A program made the translations under genes and the position numbers. Shown in pieces: positions 1 through 18,689 of a stretch of 64,000 nucleotides of DNA (the stretch's first letter is position 1; every line of letters starts with the position of its first letter). Below the pieces are notes generated by a model. It was given only the letters and a program-made list of their open reading frames with translations. It made no database searches and was not told where the DNA came from. This DNA comes from the human T2T-CHM13v2.0 reference genome, Homo sapiens: assembly GCF_009914755.1 (NCBI RefSeq), contig NC_060931.1; one strand, written 5' to 3'.

Positions 1-386
1 GACAAGCCTGGCCAACATGGTGAAACCCACTTGCTACTAAAAATACAAAAATATTAGCCAAGTGGTAGTAGCATGTGCCTGTAAGCCCAGCTATTTGGGA
101 GGCTGAGGAAGGAGAATCGCCGAACCCAGGGGGCAGAGGTTGCAGTAAGCCCAGAACACGCCACTGCACTCCAGCCTGGGCAATAGAGAGACACTCCGTT
201 TCAAAAGAAAAAAAAAATTCACCGGATGTGGTGGCACATGCCTGTGGTCCCAGCTACTCGGGAGGCTGAGGCAGGATAATTACTTGAATGCCAGAGGTGG
301 AGTTTGCAGTGAGCCAAGATCATGCCTCTGCTCTCCAGCCTGGGTGATAGAGCGAGACTCCATCTCAAAAATAAATAAATATATAA

Positions 387-904
<518 letters not shown>

Positions 905-917
905 TCACCTGAGGTCA

Positions 918-1173
<256 letters not shown>

Positions 1174-1549
1174 TTATCCAAGAGAAATGAAAACATATTC
1201 ATAGCAGCTTTATTTGTGACTGCCCAACACGACAAAAAAACCCAAATATTCACCAACAGATAAATAGCTAAACAAATTGTGGTATATCCCTATGATGGAA
1301 CACTACTCAGTAATAAAAAGAAATGAATTACTGATACATGCTACAACATGGATAAATATTTTAAAAAATATACCAATAGGGCCGGGTGCGGCGGCTTATG
1401 CCTGTAATCCCAGCACTTTGGGAGGCCGAGGTGGGTGGATCACGAAGTCAGGAGATTGAGACCATCCTCACCAACATGGTGAAACCCCATCTCTACTAAA
1501 CATACAAAAATTAGCCGGCCATGGTGGCTTGTGCCTGTAGTCCCAGCTA

Positions 1550-1657
<108 letters not shown>

Positions 1658-1679
1658 TCAAAAAAAAATAAAAAATCGA

Positions 1680-2130
1680 GTTTATCTTCCCTTGAATATG
1701 AACTTAGTCCCCTGCTTCTATAAGTAGAATACAATGGAAGTGTTGCTCATGATCTGCCAAAGTTAGGTCATAAAAGATGTTTCCACTTGGCTGTCCTTCC
1801 TGGGATGGATGCACTTAGAACCCATTCACCATTTTGTGAGAAAGCCCAGGCCACGTATGGAGGTGATGTGTGGGTGTTCCACCAGATAGCCCCAGCTGAG
1901 GCCCTAGCTAACAGCCCACATTAACCAGGAGATATTTGAGCAAGGAAACCATTGAGACTATTCTAACTGCATACTGTTTGAAGGCAACCACATAAAACAT
2001 ACAAAGGCAGAACTGCCTAGGTGAGTCTAGTCAGCCTTCAGTATTGTGAGAAGACTAATAAGCATCATTGTAACTTTATACCATTACGCTTGGAGTGGTT
2101 TGTTACACAGCAATAGATAGCTGATATACA
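1680..2130 (+). mobile_element. MLT1-family (ERVL-MaLR) solo LTR
   Basis: Ends with the typical GGTTTTGTTACACAGCAATAGATAGCTGATA..CA; internal GAGAAAGCCCAGGCCAC motif. Confidence 0.7.
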
Positions 2131-2221
2131 AAGTGATCTTCCAATACGAATATTATGTCAGTTCTCCACTTGACAGCATTTAATGATTTAGAATTGAGTG
2201 TAAAAGTCAAAACCCAATTCT

Positions 2222-3602
2222 GAATCCATCTGACAAGGGATTAATAACTAGAGTACATAAAGAGCTCAGGTGGAAAAAAAAATAAATGGGAAAAAATATA
2301 ATAAACTGATTTTAAAATGGGCAAAAGATCAGAATAGATATTTCTCAAAAGAAGACATACAAATTGCAAACAGGTATATAAAAAGGTGCTCAACATCATC
2401 GATCATCAGAGAAATGCAAATCAAAACTACAATGAGCTATCATCCTACCCCAGTTAAAATGGCTTATATCCAAAAGACAGGCGATACCAAATGCTATTGA
2501 GGATGTGGAGAAAAGGGAACCCTGATACACTGTTGATGGGAACGTAAATTAGTACAACCACTACGGAGAACGGTTTGGAGGGTCCTCAAAAAATGAAAAA
2601 TAGAGTTACTTTATGATGCAATAATCTTACTGCTAGATATATACCCAAAAGGAAGAAAATCAGTATATTGAAGAAATATCTGCATTTCTATATTTATTAC
2701 AACACTATTCACAATAGCCAAGATTTGGAAGCAATTTAAGTGTCCATCAACAGGTGAATGGATAGAAAAAATGTGGTATATATACACAATGGAATATTAT
2801 TCAGCCATGAGAAAGAATATAATCCTGTTATTTGCAACAACATGGGTAGAACTGGAGATCATTATGTTAACTAAAATAAGCCAGACACAGAAAGACAAAT
2901 TTTGCATGTTCTCAGTCATTTGTGGGTGCTAAGAATTAAAATAATTGAACTTATGAAGATAGAGAACAGAATGATGGTTACCAGAGGCTGGGAAGGGTAG
3001 TGGGCTGGAGGGGGTGCACAGGAATGATTAATGGGTACAAAAATACAGTTAGAATGAATAAGATGTAGTATTTGGCAGTACAACAGCATGACTATAGTAA
3101 ACAATAATTTATTGTATATTTAAAAATAGCTTAAATAGGCCAGGTGTGGTGGCTTATGCCTGTAATCCCAGCACTTTGGGAGGCCAAGGGGGGCTGATAA
3201 CCTGAGGTCAGAAGTTCAAGACCAGCCTGGCCAACACGGAGAAACCCCATCTCTACTAAAAATACAAAAATTCGCAGGGTGTGGTGGTACATGCCTGTAG
3301 TCCCAGCTACTCAGGAGGCTGAGGCAGGGGAATCACTTGAACTGAGGGGGCAGAGGTTGCAGTTAGCCAAGATTGTGCGACTGCACTCCAGTTCCGGTAA
3401 CAGAGCTGGACTTTGTCTCAAAAAAAAAAAAAAAAAAGCATAATTGGAGATTGTTTGTAAAACAAAGAAAGGACAAATGCTTGAGGTGATGGGCATCCCA
3501 TTCACCCTGATGTGATTATTACACATTACATGCCTGTGTCAAAACGTCTCATGCACCCCATGAATATATACACCTACTGTATATCCACAAAAATTAAAAG
3601 TA
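2222..3602 (+). mobile_element. L1MA-type LINE-1 3' fragment (ORF2 C-terminus plus 3'UTR), interrupted by an Alu at ~3138-3438
   Basis: ORF2-like peptide [43 protein letters not shown]; L1MA-like 3'UTR. Confidence 0.9.
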
Positions 3603-3765
3603 AAGCATTTTTTAAACCCCCAATCTTGGCCAGATGTAGTGTCCCACACCTGTAATTCCAGTGCTTTTTTAGGCCAGGATGGGAGGATCACTTGGGTCCA
3701 GGAGTTTGATACCCACCTAGGCAACATAGCAAGACTGTCATCTCTAATAACAATAAAAAAACTTA

Positions 3766-3912
<147 letters not shown>

Positions 3913-3959
3913 TTAAAAAACAAACCAATCCCAGCATGATCGGACCCTGTCTGCCACCC

Positions 3960-4412
3960 TCTATTCCTTTCCTCTTGCTCATTGCGCATCAGGCATCTGG
4001 GCTTCTTTTCTGCTCCTGTAAATGCCAAGTGGTTTCCCTCTTCAGGACCTTTGCACATGCTCTCCCCTGCCCGAAATGGACTTCCCATACCTCCTGCCAT
4101 AGCTGGATTTTTCTCATGTTTCAGACCTCAGCTCACACATCATCTCTGCAGAGAAATCCTCCCTCATCCTGTGAAGAGGGAATCATCATCCTTTTCATTG
4201 CCTCGTCCTGCCTGGTTCTCTCAAAGCAGATATCACACTCAAAAATCAACTTGTTTTTTATTGAACTGCTTGTCTGCATGTCCTCCTCCCAAACTCATGG
4301 CAAATCAGAACAGAGGCTCCCTATGGCAGGAGTCCTATCTTGTTCATTCTCAGAACCTAATATAGTACTTGGCACATAGTAGGCACACAACAAATGTCAT
4401 TAGAATGAATAA
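3960..4412 (+). mobile_element. L2 3' fragment
   Basis: CCTTTGCACATGCT...; terminal TGGCACATAGTAGGCAC...AAATG...GAATGAAT typical of the L2 end. Confidence 0.65.
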
Positions 4413-4489
4413 GTATCAAGGGGCCAGGCACAGTGGCTCATGCCTGTAATCCCAGCCCTTTGGGAGGCCGAGGCAGGTGAATCACCTCA

Positions 4490-4774
<285 letters not shown>

Positions 4775-5493
4775 TTACATGGAAAGCCTACTTAACATTG
4801 ACATTTTCTATTTGATGGTATTTTTATAATAGGAAATTGAAACTGAGCTAATTAAAAAAGAATAAGGCTGGGCATGTTGATTTATGCCTGCAATTCCAGC
4901 ACTTTGGGAGGCTGAAGAGGGAGGATCACTTGAGGGTAGCAGTTTCAGACCAGCATGGGCAACATACAGAGACCCCTGTCTCTGTAAAAACAACTTTTTT
5001 TTTTTTTGAGATAGAATTTCGCTCTCGTTGCCCAGGCTGGAGTGCAGTGGCATGATCTCAGTTCACCAACCTCTGCCTCCCAGGTTCAAGCAATTCTCCT
5101 GCCTCAGCCTCCCAAATAGCTGGTACTACAGGCATGCACCACCACACCTGGCTAATTTTGTATTTTTAGTAGAGATGGGGTTTCTCCATGTTGGTCAGGC
5201 TGGTCTGGAACTCCCGACCTCATCTGATCCACCTGTCTTGGCCTCCCAAAGTGCTGGGATTACAGGCATGAGCCACCTCACCTGGCCAAAAATAACTTTT
5301 AAAAAATAAACCAGGTGTGCCAGGTGCAGTGGCTCATGTCTGTATTCCCAGCACTTTGGGAGGCTGAGGGGGGCAGATCACCTGAGGTCAGGAGTTCGAG
5401 ACCAGCCTGGCCAGCATGGTGAAACGTCATCTCTACTAAAAATACAAAAATTAGCTGGGCATGGTGGCAGGCACCTGTAATCCCAGCTACTCA

Positions 5494-5752
<259 letters not shown>

Positions 5753-5755
5753 TTA

Positions 5756-6189
<434 letters not shown>

Positions 6190-6369
6190 TCACCCCAGGC
6201 CACGTTTTGAGTGGGGCCTCTACTAGAATGTGGCCCAGCCTCAGATGCCTTAATTCTGACACTCAGTGCCGGTAGAGGCCCTGTGAGGTCACACTGTGGA
6301 GGCTTCTTGGGAAAGTGTTGGCTCTAAAATCAACATCTTGTTTCATTCCTTTGATGCTGGAGACAATGA

Positions 6370-6690
<321 letters not shown>

Positions 6691-8465
6691 TGAGTCTGGC
6701 CCTTTTTTGTTGTTGTTTTTAGACAGGGTCTTGCTCTGTCACGCAGGCTGGAGTGCAGTGGCATGATTACAGCTCACTGCAGCTTCAAATTCCTGGGCTA
6801 AAGTGATCCTCCTGCCTCACCCTCCTGAGAAGCTGGGACCACAGGCATACAGCCACACCCAGCTAAGTAAAAAAAAAAAAAAAAAATTTCTGGAGACAAG
6901 GTCTCACTATATTGACCAGGCTGGTCTTGAACTCCTGATCTAAAGCCATCCTCCTGCCTCCGCCTCCCACCTTGAACCCCTCTTTTCCCCAGTTTGAAAA
7001 TGAAATCCACACTTTGAGAAGGAGGAACAAATGGGGAAGACAGGAAGCCAAGAAGCCAACCAGGCTTGCCTGACTAAACACTAAATCCCTCACATTGGTT
7101 TTACTTCAATGATACAGCTAATTAAGGGTTGTTGATTTTTTTAAGTTCCTATTTGGCAAGTGAACAGTTTCTTCCTCAGTAAATTTGAACATCAAGTATC
7201 TGTTCTGTGATTGAATGAAGCAAATATTTTACACATGGGAAACAATTGTTAAATGATTGTATTATAGAAAGGGATGAACGGGACGGGGGCAATGCAGAGG
7301 CGGATGTCAGTGCCTGTGTCCCTGTGCTCCCCACCCACCTCCTCTGTCCCTGCTCCCCATGGTGTTTGTCAAGGGGCATAGTGCGCTGAAGGAGGGGTTA
7401 CCAGGTGGAATATCCAGAAGACATCATTCTCGGCTACATGGAATCCACTTACTTTGATCTAATTTCTTTACTCATAGAATTCATTAAACATTCACATCAG
7501 CAGCTTCTGAATATCTAAGCCAATTGTTAAACATAGTGATGTTACTGGATTCTTAAAACAAGCTGGAGGCCGGCCGGGCACAGTGGCTCACACCTGCAAT
7601 CCTAACACTTTGGGAGGCTGAGGGTGGATCATCTGAGGTCAGCAGTCAGAGACCAACCTGGCCAACATGGCGAAACCCCATCTTTACTAAAAAAAATACA
7701 AAAAAATTAGCCGGGCATGGTGGCAGGCCTGTAATCCCAGATACTCTGGAGGCTGAGGCAGGAAAATCGCCGGAACCCTGGGGTCAGAGGTTGCAGTTAG
7801 CCGAGATCGCACCACTGTACTCCAGCCTAGGTGATAGAGCGAGACTCCGTCTCAGAAAAAAGCAAAACAAGTTAGAGAAGGGTTTTTTTTTTAACTTCAT
7901 TTTGAAATTGTGAAGACAGGCAGTGAGAGTGAGTGAGTTGTCCAAATTCAGGCCGCAAGCTGGAGAGCATGCGATTCCTGGCCTTTTGCAGCCAGAGTGT
8001 GTGGGCCAGCTGTGTGGTGGTGTGCACTCCCCTCTCCGTCTGGTATATGGCAGTATATATGGTATATACGGTATATGGCACTACCATATACCAGGTCTGG
8101 CCTTGTCACCTGGAGACCTGGGAGTCTTCTTTTGTTTTCCCTGACTTTTGTCACCAGATCTGCTTACTTACAAGTCCTGTTGGTTGTGCCCCTCCCAGCC
8201 TTTCCCGTCTTCCTCCTTTTTATCTTGGTCATTATTTCAACCCAGCTAGAATCATATCTGGCCCAGATTACTGCATTAGTTCCTAGTTGGAGTCCTTTAA
8301 ACTCTCTTTTTTAAACAAAGATGGCTGAACATGTGGCTCCTGCCTGTAATCCAAGCACTTTGGGAAGCTGAGGCAGGAGGATCACTTGAGGCCAAGAGTT
8401 CAAGACAACCCTGGGCATCAGAGTGAGACCCCCATCTCTACAAAAAAAATTTAAAGTTATCTGGG

Positions 8466-9117
8466 TAAAGGAAATAATGTATACAGTGGTCCATTTCCAA
8501 GACAAAGTGCCTTAAATCAGATTAGGTCAGCAAACTACAGAAGAAACAGGGTATACACGGCTCGGCATGGTGACTCACACCTGCAATCCCAGCACTATGG
8601 GGGGCCGAGGTGGGTGGATCATGAGGTCAGGAGATCAAGACCATCCTGGCTAACACGGTGAAACCCCGTATCTACTAAAAACACACACAAAAAAATAGCT
8701 GGGCGTGGTGGCGGACACATGTAATACAAGCTACTCAGGAGGCTGAGGCAGGAGAATGGCATAAACCTGGGAGGCGGAGGTTGCAGTGAGCCGAGATTGC
8801 GCCACTGCACTCCCACCTGTATGACAGAGCAAGACTCCATCTTAAAAAAACAAACAAAAAAAACCACCTAAAGCTCCTACCCAACAACCAATAGGTGACA
8901 TCCAGGAAGATTGTGACCCCATAGTACTCAGCCTATGTATAAGGAAATGGGAGGGACCTGCACACAAGAGGATAAATTGCTTGTTGAAACTGTTCTGAGT
9001 GTGCCTGCCTATCAGACACCCGATCCTGCAAGACCATCGTTAAAAGTCTTACTTTCGCTCTTCTCTGGGTATCCGAGTCCATTCTTTGTGTTTGGACAGG
9101 GGAGATTGTTTCTCACA
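8466..9117. mobile_element. ERV solo LTR (family not assigned) split by an Alu at ~8560-8865
   Basis: AAGGAAATAATGTATACAGTGGTCCATTTCCAAGACAAAGTG start and ...TTTCTCACA end resemble a primate ERV LTR; contains CCAAT and a TATA-like TGTATAAG. Confidence 0.55.
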
Positions 9118-12100
9118 CTGGGCGCGGTGGTGCAACCTCCACCTCCCGGGTTCAAGTGATTCTCCCTTCCTCAGCCTCCCGAGTAGCTGGGACTACAGGC
9201 ACCCACCACCATGCCCAGCTAATTTTTGTATTTTTAGTAAAGACGGGGTTTTACCATGTTGGCCATGCTGGTCTTGAGCTCCTGATCTCAGGTGATCTGC
9301 CTGCCTCAGGCTCCCAAAGTGCTGGGATTACAGGTGTGAGCCACCGCCCCTGGCCCAGTTGTGAAGTCTTATACAGAGTATCAGTCAGTCAATGTTATTC
9401 CCTGGTTTTGAATGTATTTGTTTTACTTCAATAGTAAGTTGCTGGGCACGGTTGGTCACGCCTCTAATCCCAGCATTTTGGGAGGCTGAGGCAGGTGGAT
9501 CACTTGAGGTCAGGAGTTTGAGACCAGCCTGGCCAACATGGTAAAACACTGTCTCTACTAAAAATACAAAAATTAACCAGGCACAGTGGTGGGTGCCTGT
9601 AATCCCACCTACTTGGGAGAGTTTGAGGCAGGAGAATCACTCAACCCAGGAGGCGGAAGTTGCAGTGAGCTGAGATCATGCCACTGCGCTCCAGCCTGGG
9701 GGATAGAGTGACACTCTGTCTCCAGAAAAAAAAAAAAAGGAGGGAAGTTGTATCTAGAGGAATTAAATGAAATTTGATGCTAAGAGATAAAGGGAGAAAA
9801 TTGAGAGTGTAAAGAAGCAACATTTAAAGAGTTTAGCTGGTGTTTTTATCAGAAATAGTGTTTCTTGGACTCTTCTCCATTAAAAAAGTGGCCAGGTATA
9901 GTGACTCATTCCTGTAATCCTAACAATTTGGGAAGCCAAGGCAGGAGAAAAGCTTGAGGCCAGGAGTTCAAGACCCAGCCTGGGCAACATAGCAAAACTC
10001 CGTTGCTCCAAAAAGGATGTTTTTCAGATTAGCCGAGTGCAGTGGCACACACCTGTAGTCCCAACTTCTTGGGAGGTTGAGGTGTGAGGATCACTTGAGC
10101 CCAGGAGGCAGAGGTTACAGTGAGCCAAGATCTCACCACTGCACTCCAGCCTGGGTGATAGAGCAAGGCCCTGGCTCTAAAGGAAATTTTAAAGATTGCC
10201 CTTGGAATTAAGATTAATATGTATTCCCTGTGGTTTCCAGGGTATCAAGAAAAAAAAAAAGGAGGCAGAAAGACAGAGAAGAAGAAAAGGAAAATTTGAG
10301 CAAGAATGGAAGAAGGGCTGTTTGTGGTGGCTCATGCCTATAATTTCAGCACTTTGGGAGGCCTAGACGGGCGGATCACCTGAGGTCAGGAGTTCGAGAC
10401 CAGCCTGACCAACATGGCAAAACCCCATCTCCACTAAAAATACAAAAATTAGCAGGCATGGTGGTGGGTGCCTGCAATCCTAGCTACTCAGGAGGCTGAG
10501 GCAGGAGAACCATTTGAAAACAGGAGGCGGAGGTTGCAGTGAGCTGAGATCATGCCATTGCACTCCATCCTGGGTGACAGAGCAAGATTCTGTCTCAAAA
10601 AAAAAAAAAAAAAGTTGTCTGAGCCCGGGTGCAGTGTTTCATGCCTATAATCCCAGCACTTGGGGAGGCTGAGGCAGGCAGATCATTTGAGGTCAGGAGT
10701 TTGACACCAGCCTGGCCAACATGGTGAAATCCCATCTCTACTAAAAAATACAAAAATTAGTTGGGCATGGCAGTGGGTGCCTGTAATCCTAGCTACTTGG
10801 GAGGCTGAGGAAGGGAGAATCACTTGAACCCAGGAGGTGGAGGTTGCAGTGAGCTAAGATCGCGCCATTGCTCTCCAGCCTGGGTGATGAGTAAAACTCT
10901 GTCTCGAAAAAAATTAAAATAAAAATAAGTCAGTAAAATAAATAAATAAAAATACAAAAATTAGCTGGGCGTGGTGGTGGACACCTGTAATCCCAGCTAC
11001 TTGGAAGGCTGAGGCAGGAGAATCACTTGAACCCGGGAAATGGGAGGTTGCAGTGAGCCAAGATAGCTCCATTGCACTCCAGCCTGGGCAACAAGAGTGA
11101 AACTCCATCTCAAAAAAAAAATTTTTTTTAAATATATATATAGTGAGAGAGAGACAGAGAAAGTTTACCTCTACTTGATGAGCCAAGTCTCTTCAGTGTG
11201 TGAAAAATAAATGCTTTTTTTTTTCAGGCACCCCAGACTTCTGGGAAAGGACCTTGGAGCTGTGCCCAAGCATCCCAGCCTTTGCCCTCAATTGCAAACA
11301 GAGTGGAGTGTCTCTTAGCTAAGAAGTTTGTGCTGCTCAAAGGTTTGCACAAATACAAAGTTGAGAAATACTCCTTGCTGAAAGGGGTGTAAAAGGCAAA
11401 GGACAAACCGGTTGTCCTCTGAAGTGGAGACATTTCTATTCTATGTTGGGCTATGATCTTGGAGAATGCAGGCAAGGAACGAGTTTCGCTGGTTTTTCAG
11501 TGAGAGACCCCTTGTAGTAAGAGAGGCTCTTCTCTCTCTACCTGGTGAGTTATTTTCATCTCTTTGGTACCCATTTCCTCATGTTTAAACTTAGGAGTGA
11601 AACCACACGTCCCCTAAGATCCTTTTCTCTTAGCTGTTCTGTGAGTTAATTAATGAGATTTGTTTTCCCATTAGCATATATCCAAAAAGGTAATCAGGAT
11701 AGGTTTTCCATGTTTCCTGGAATCTTGTAATTGCCCCAAATGAAGTGGGAGTATTTGGAAGAGAATCCCTTCCTTGCTTCCTTTATTTCATTTTTAGAGA
11801 CAAAATCTCTCTGTCACCCAGGCTGGAGAGCAGTGGTGCAATCCTGGCTCACTGCAACCTCCAATTCTTGGCCTCAAGTGATGCTCCCATCCCAGCCTCT
11901 GGAGTAGCTGGGACAACAGGCTCACACCACCATGCCGAGCTATTTTTTTTTTTTTTTTGAGACCGAGTCTCGCTCTGTCGACCAGGCTGGAGTGCAGTGG
12001 CGTGATCTCGGCTCACTGCCTCACTGCAAGCTCCGCCTCCCAGGTTCACGCCATTTTCCTGTCTCAGCCTCCTGAGTAGCTGGGACTACAGGCACCCGCC

Positions 12101-12683
12101 ACCATGCCCAGCTAATTTTTTGTATTTTTAGTAGAGACAGGGTTTCACCATGTTAGCCAGGATGGTCTCGATCTGCTGACCTTGTGATCCGCCCGCCTCG
12201 GCCTCCCAAAGTGCTGGGATTACAGGCGTGAGCCACCACACCCGGCCAACCAGCTAATTTTTAAAATTATTTTGTTGAGACAGGGTCTCACTATGTTGCC
12301 CAGGCTGGTCTCAAACTCCTGGCCTCAAGTGATCCTTCTGCTGCAGCCTCCCAAAGTGCTGCGATTACAGGCATGAGACATTGTGCCTGGCCCTTCATTG
12401 CTTTTTAATAACCTTAATTCTTTTGAATATCTTTAGAACTACAGTGGTTTTGTCTTTTGAGGCTAGAGTTGATTTCCATAAATAGTCATTTTGAGCCAGG
12501 TCTTTTGAATAAAGTGAGTGGCCAGAGAAGATGCCACAACTTTGGCGAAAAGAGTTTCCCAAGGATTACACCATGAACTCTAAAATGCTGTGTGCCGGTC
12601 ACTGGGCCACAGTTCACTCTTCTTGCCAAATTCAGAATTGCAGATGAGAACTTTATTTTATTTTATTTTATTTATTTATTTAA

Positions 12684-12976
<293 letters not shown>

Positions 12977-13094
12977 TGACTCCTGAGTAGCTGGGATTAC
13001 AAGTGCCCACCACCACACCCGGCTAATTTTTGTATTTTTATTAAAGACAAGGTTTCACCATGTTGGCCAGGCTGGTCTCAAACTCCTGATCTCA

Positions 13095-13341
<247 letters not shown>

Positions 13342-13377
13342 TGATTCATTTATTTTCTTGGTTCTGAAATATTTTTT

Positions 13378-13483
13378 AAAATATGGAATGCTTCATGAAT
13401 TTGTTTGTCATCCTTTCACAGGGACTATGCTTATCTTCTCCATGTCATGCCAATTTTTGTATATGTGCTGCCGAAGTGAGCAC
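13378..13483 (-). pseudogene. RNU6-1229P: Full-length U6 snRNA retro-pseudogene
   Basis: The reverse complement reads GTGCTCACTTCGGCAGCACATATACAAAAATTGG...CCATATTTT, i.e. U6 with many substitutions including a damaged ACAGAGA box. It has a short A tail and a degenerate TSD (TGGTTCTGAAAT 13359-13370 / TGGTTCTGGATT 13484-13495). U6 identity is firm; the HGNC number is recalled from the neighbourhood and unverified. Confidence 0.93.
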
Positions 13484-13799
13484 TGGTTCTGGATTGATTG
13501 ATTGATTTGTTTGTTTATCTGTTTTTGAGACAGGGTTTCACTGTGTCTTCCAGGCTGGAATACTGTGGTATTATCGTGGCTCACTGCAACCTCTGCCCCC
13601 CAGGGCTCAAGCAGTCCTCCTGCATGGGCCTCCCAAAGTGTTGAGATTACAGGCATGAGCCACTGTGCCCAGCCTGGAATGTTTAACTGCTGACTTTGAT
13701 GCCTGGTTTTGGTTGTACTAGACATTCCCACTACTTTTTTCTTTAAAAAGTACTGGTTTCTTTAGCTCCTTAAAAAGATCTTTGGTGTTTTATATATCA

Positions 13800-13934
<135 letters not shown>

Positions 13935-14507
13935 CTAAAAAATTAGCTGGGCACGATGGTGCATGCATGTAGTCCCAGCTCTTGGAAGGCTGAGGCAGGA
14001 AGATCGCGTAAGCCCAAGAGGGTGAGGCTATAGTGAGCCATGATCATGACACTGCAGTCCAGCTTGGGTGACAGAGTGAGACCCTGTCTCAAAAAAAAAA
14101 AAAAAGATTAATAATTGCAGAAACATTTTCTATGCTCCAGATTACTTTAAAAATTGGACCTAATCTTGGCCAGGCATGGTGGCTTACACCTGTAATCAGC
14201 ACTTTAGGAGACCAAGGCAGGTGGATCACTTGAGATCAGAAGTTGGAGACCAGTCTGGCCAACATGATGAAAGCCTGTGGGTGAAAGTAAAGTTGGGTGC
14301 AGTGGCTCTCCCTGGATTCCTTGATGCTTTTAATACCCTGAGTCCTCTACCCCACTCTGAGCCACACTGACACTTGTGCACCAAGGTGCGTGGTGTGGCC
14401 CCAGTGCCCACAGGATCGCTTGTAAGAACTGCTCCTTCAGCCCCCACCTGTGGCCTTTCCTCCAGGGTGAAGTCTGGTTCCTGATGTTCACACCATGCTC
14501 CTTCTCA

Positions 14508-14780
<273 letters not shown>

Positions 14781-14823
14781 TTAGTCAGGCATAGTGGTGT
14801 GCACCTGCAATCCCAGCTTCTCA

Positions 14824-14970
<147 letters not shown>

Positions 14971-15175
14971 TTATGAACACTCTCTCTTGAATAGATGGGC
15001 ATCTCCTGAACAGGGAGGTGGTTGAGGGGAGGTCCTGGCAGGTGGGACAGGGAATCCTGGCAGAGCAGCAGCTGGGACTTCAGTGTATTCAGTGTCTGGA
15101 CCACAATGGTTCCCTTTGTCACAAGTATCCATCTACATTCACTGACTTATATGGGGGAACCTGGGGAAAAACCAG

Positions 15176-15539
15176 TGATATGGTTTGGCTGTGTCCCCAC
15201 CCAAATCTCATCTTTAATTTTAGCTCCCATAATCCCCACATGTTGTGGCAGGGACCCAGTAGGAGGTAATTGAATCATGGGAGTGTGTTTTTCCCATGCT
15301 GTTCTCATTGATAGTGAATAAGTCTCAGGAGATCTGTTAGTTTTATAAAAGGGCAGTTCCCCTGCACATGCTTTCTTGCTTGCCACCATGGAAGATGTGC
15401 CTTTGGTCTTCCTTTGCCTTTGGTCATAATTGTGAGGCCTCTCCAGCCATGCTGAACAGAGTCCATTAAACCTCTTTCCTTTATAAATTACCCAGTCTCA
15501 GGTATGTCTTTGTTAGCAGTGTGAGAATAGATGAATACA
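15176..15539 (+). mobile_element. THE1-family solo LTR
   Basis: TGATATGGTTTGGCTGTGTCCCCACCCAAATCTCATC...GCAGTGTGAGAATAGATGAATACA, ~364 bp with TG...CA ends. Confidence 0.92.
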
Positions 15540-15544
15540 ATCAA

Positions 15545-17448
<1,904 letters not shown>

Positions 17449-17479
17449 AGTGCCTCTGAATTATTCACCCTGGAGAGAA

Positions 17480-17622
17480 GAAACTGGTTTAAAAAATGCA
17501 GATATTTTAGTGTCTCCCAGAGCTCTGAATCTAAATCTCTGGATATCTAAACCTCTGGACATGTAATTTTTAACAATTTTCCTGGTGATTCTTAAGCACT
17601 TCAAATTTGAGAACTGCTGCTC
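17480..17622. mobile_element. MER5-like (hAT-Charlie) fragment
   Basis: AAAATGCAGAT...TGAATC...TTTTAACA...GGTGATTCT...TTTGAGAACTGCTG. Confidence 0.65.
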
Positions 17623-17722
17623 TATACCCAATATCATTTTAACCTGGAAAATATGCACTCACCAACCGTTCAATGTTATTACCTGAGTTTGCCTGATCTT
17701 AAAGGTCACTAGAGGGCTTGAT

Positions 17723-17980
17723 AAAAAACCAAACACCGAATGTTCTCACTCATAGGTGGGCACTGAACAATGAGAACACATGGACACAGGAAGGGGAGCA
17801 TCACACACCGGGGCCTGTTGTGGGGTGGGGGGAGGGGGGAGGGATAGCATTAGGAGATATACCTAATGTTAAATGACGAGTTAATGGGTGCAGCACACCA
17901 ACATGGCACATGTATACATATGTAACAAATCTGCACGTTGTGCACATGTACCCTAAAACTTAAACTGTAATAAAAAAATA
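17723..17980 (+). mobile_element. 5'-truncated L1PA 3' end
   Basis: Near-consensus primate L1 3'UTR with the G-rich tract GGGGTGGGGGGAGGGGGGAGGG and AATAAA. Confidence 0.95.
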
Positions 17981-18136
17981 GAACTAAGAAGTTACATAGT
18001 ATAATATGCCATGAAAGTAAATGTATTTAATAAGGGAAGACATGGAAAATATCAAATAAAGCAATATAATAATTTCAAAAAAAATACATATATATATACA
18101 TTGTTAGGTAGCTCTGCTGGTGGCAATCATGAATAA

Positions 18137-18283
<147 letters not shown>

Positions 18284-18689
18284 TGAGTGGCTGGGATTAC
18301 AGATGCCCGCCAACATGCCCAACTAATTTTTGTATTTTTAGTAGAGACAGGGTTTCACAATGTTGGCCAGGCTGGTCTCAAATTCCTAACCTCAGGTGAT
18401 CCACCCAACTTGGCCTCCCAAATTTCTGGGATTCGAGGTGTGAGCCACCATGCCCAGCCAAGAATCTACATTTAAATGCAGTTGTTAAATGTTCTTCTAA
18501 GTAACTGTGTACACATTTATCTATTTTGTGGAATTACTGGAAGATAGATCACTTACATTTTGGATAGCTTTAGCCCAGTATGATAATTTTAGTTTTTGAA
18601 TAGCAGTTTATTTTAAGCCATTGCTTCCAGAAGAATTTAATCTGATCCAATGTTGCATTTTTCTTTCACCCATAGAGACAAGAATGAAG

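Noticed and set aside
2270-2500. 76 aa ORF resembling a real protein
   Set aside because: Fragment of the L1 ORF2p C-terminus in a decayed element.
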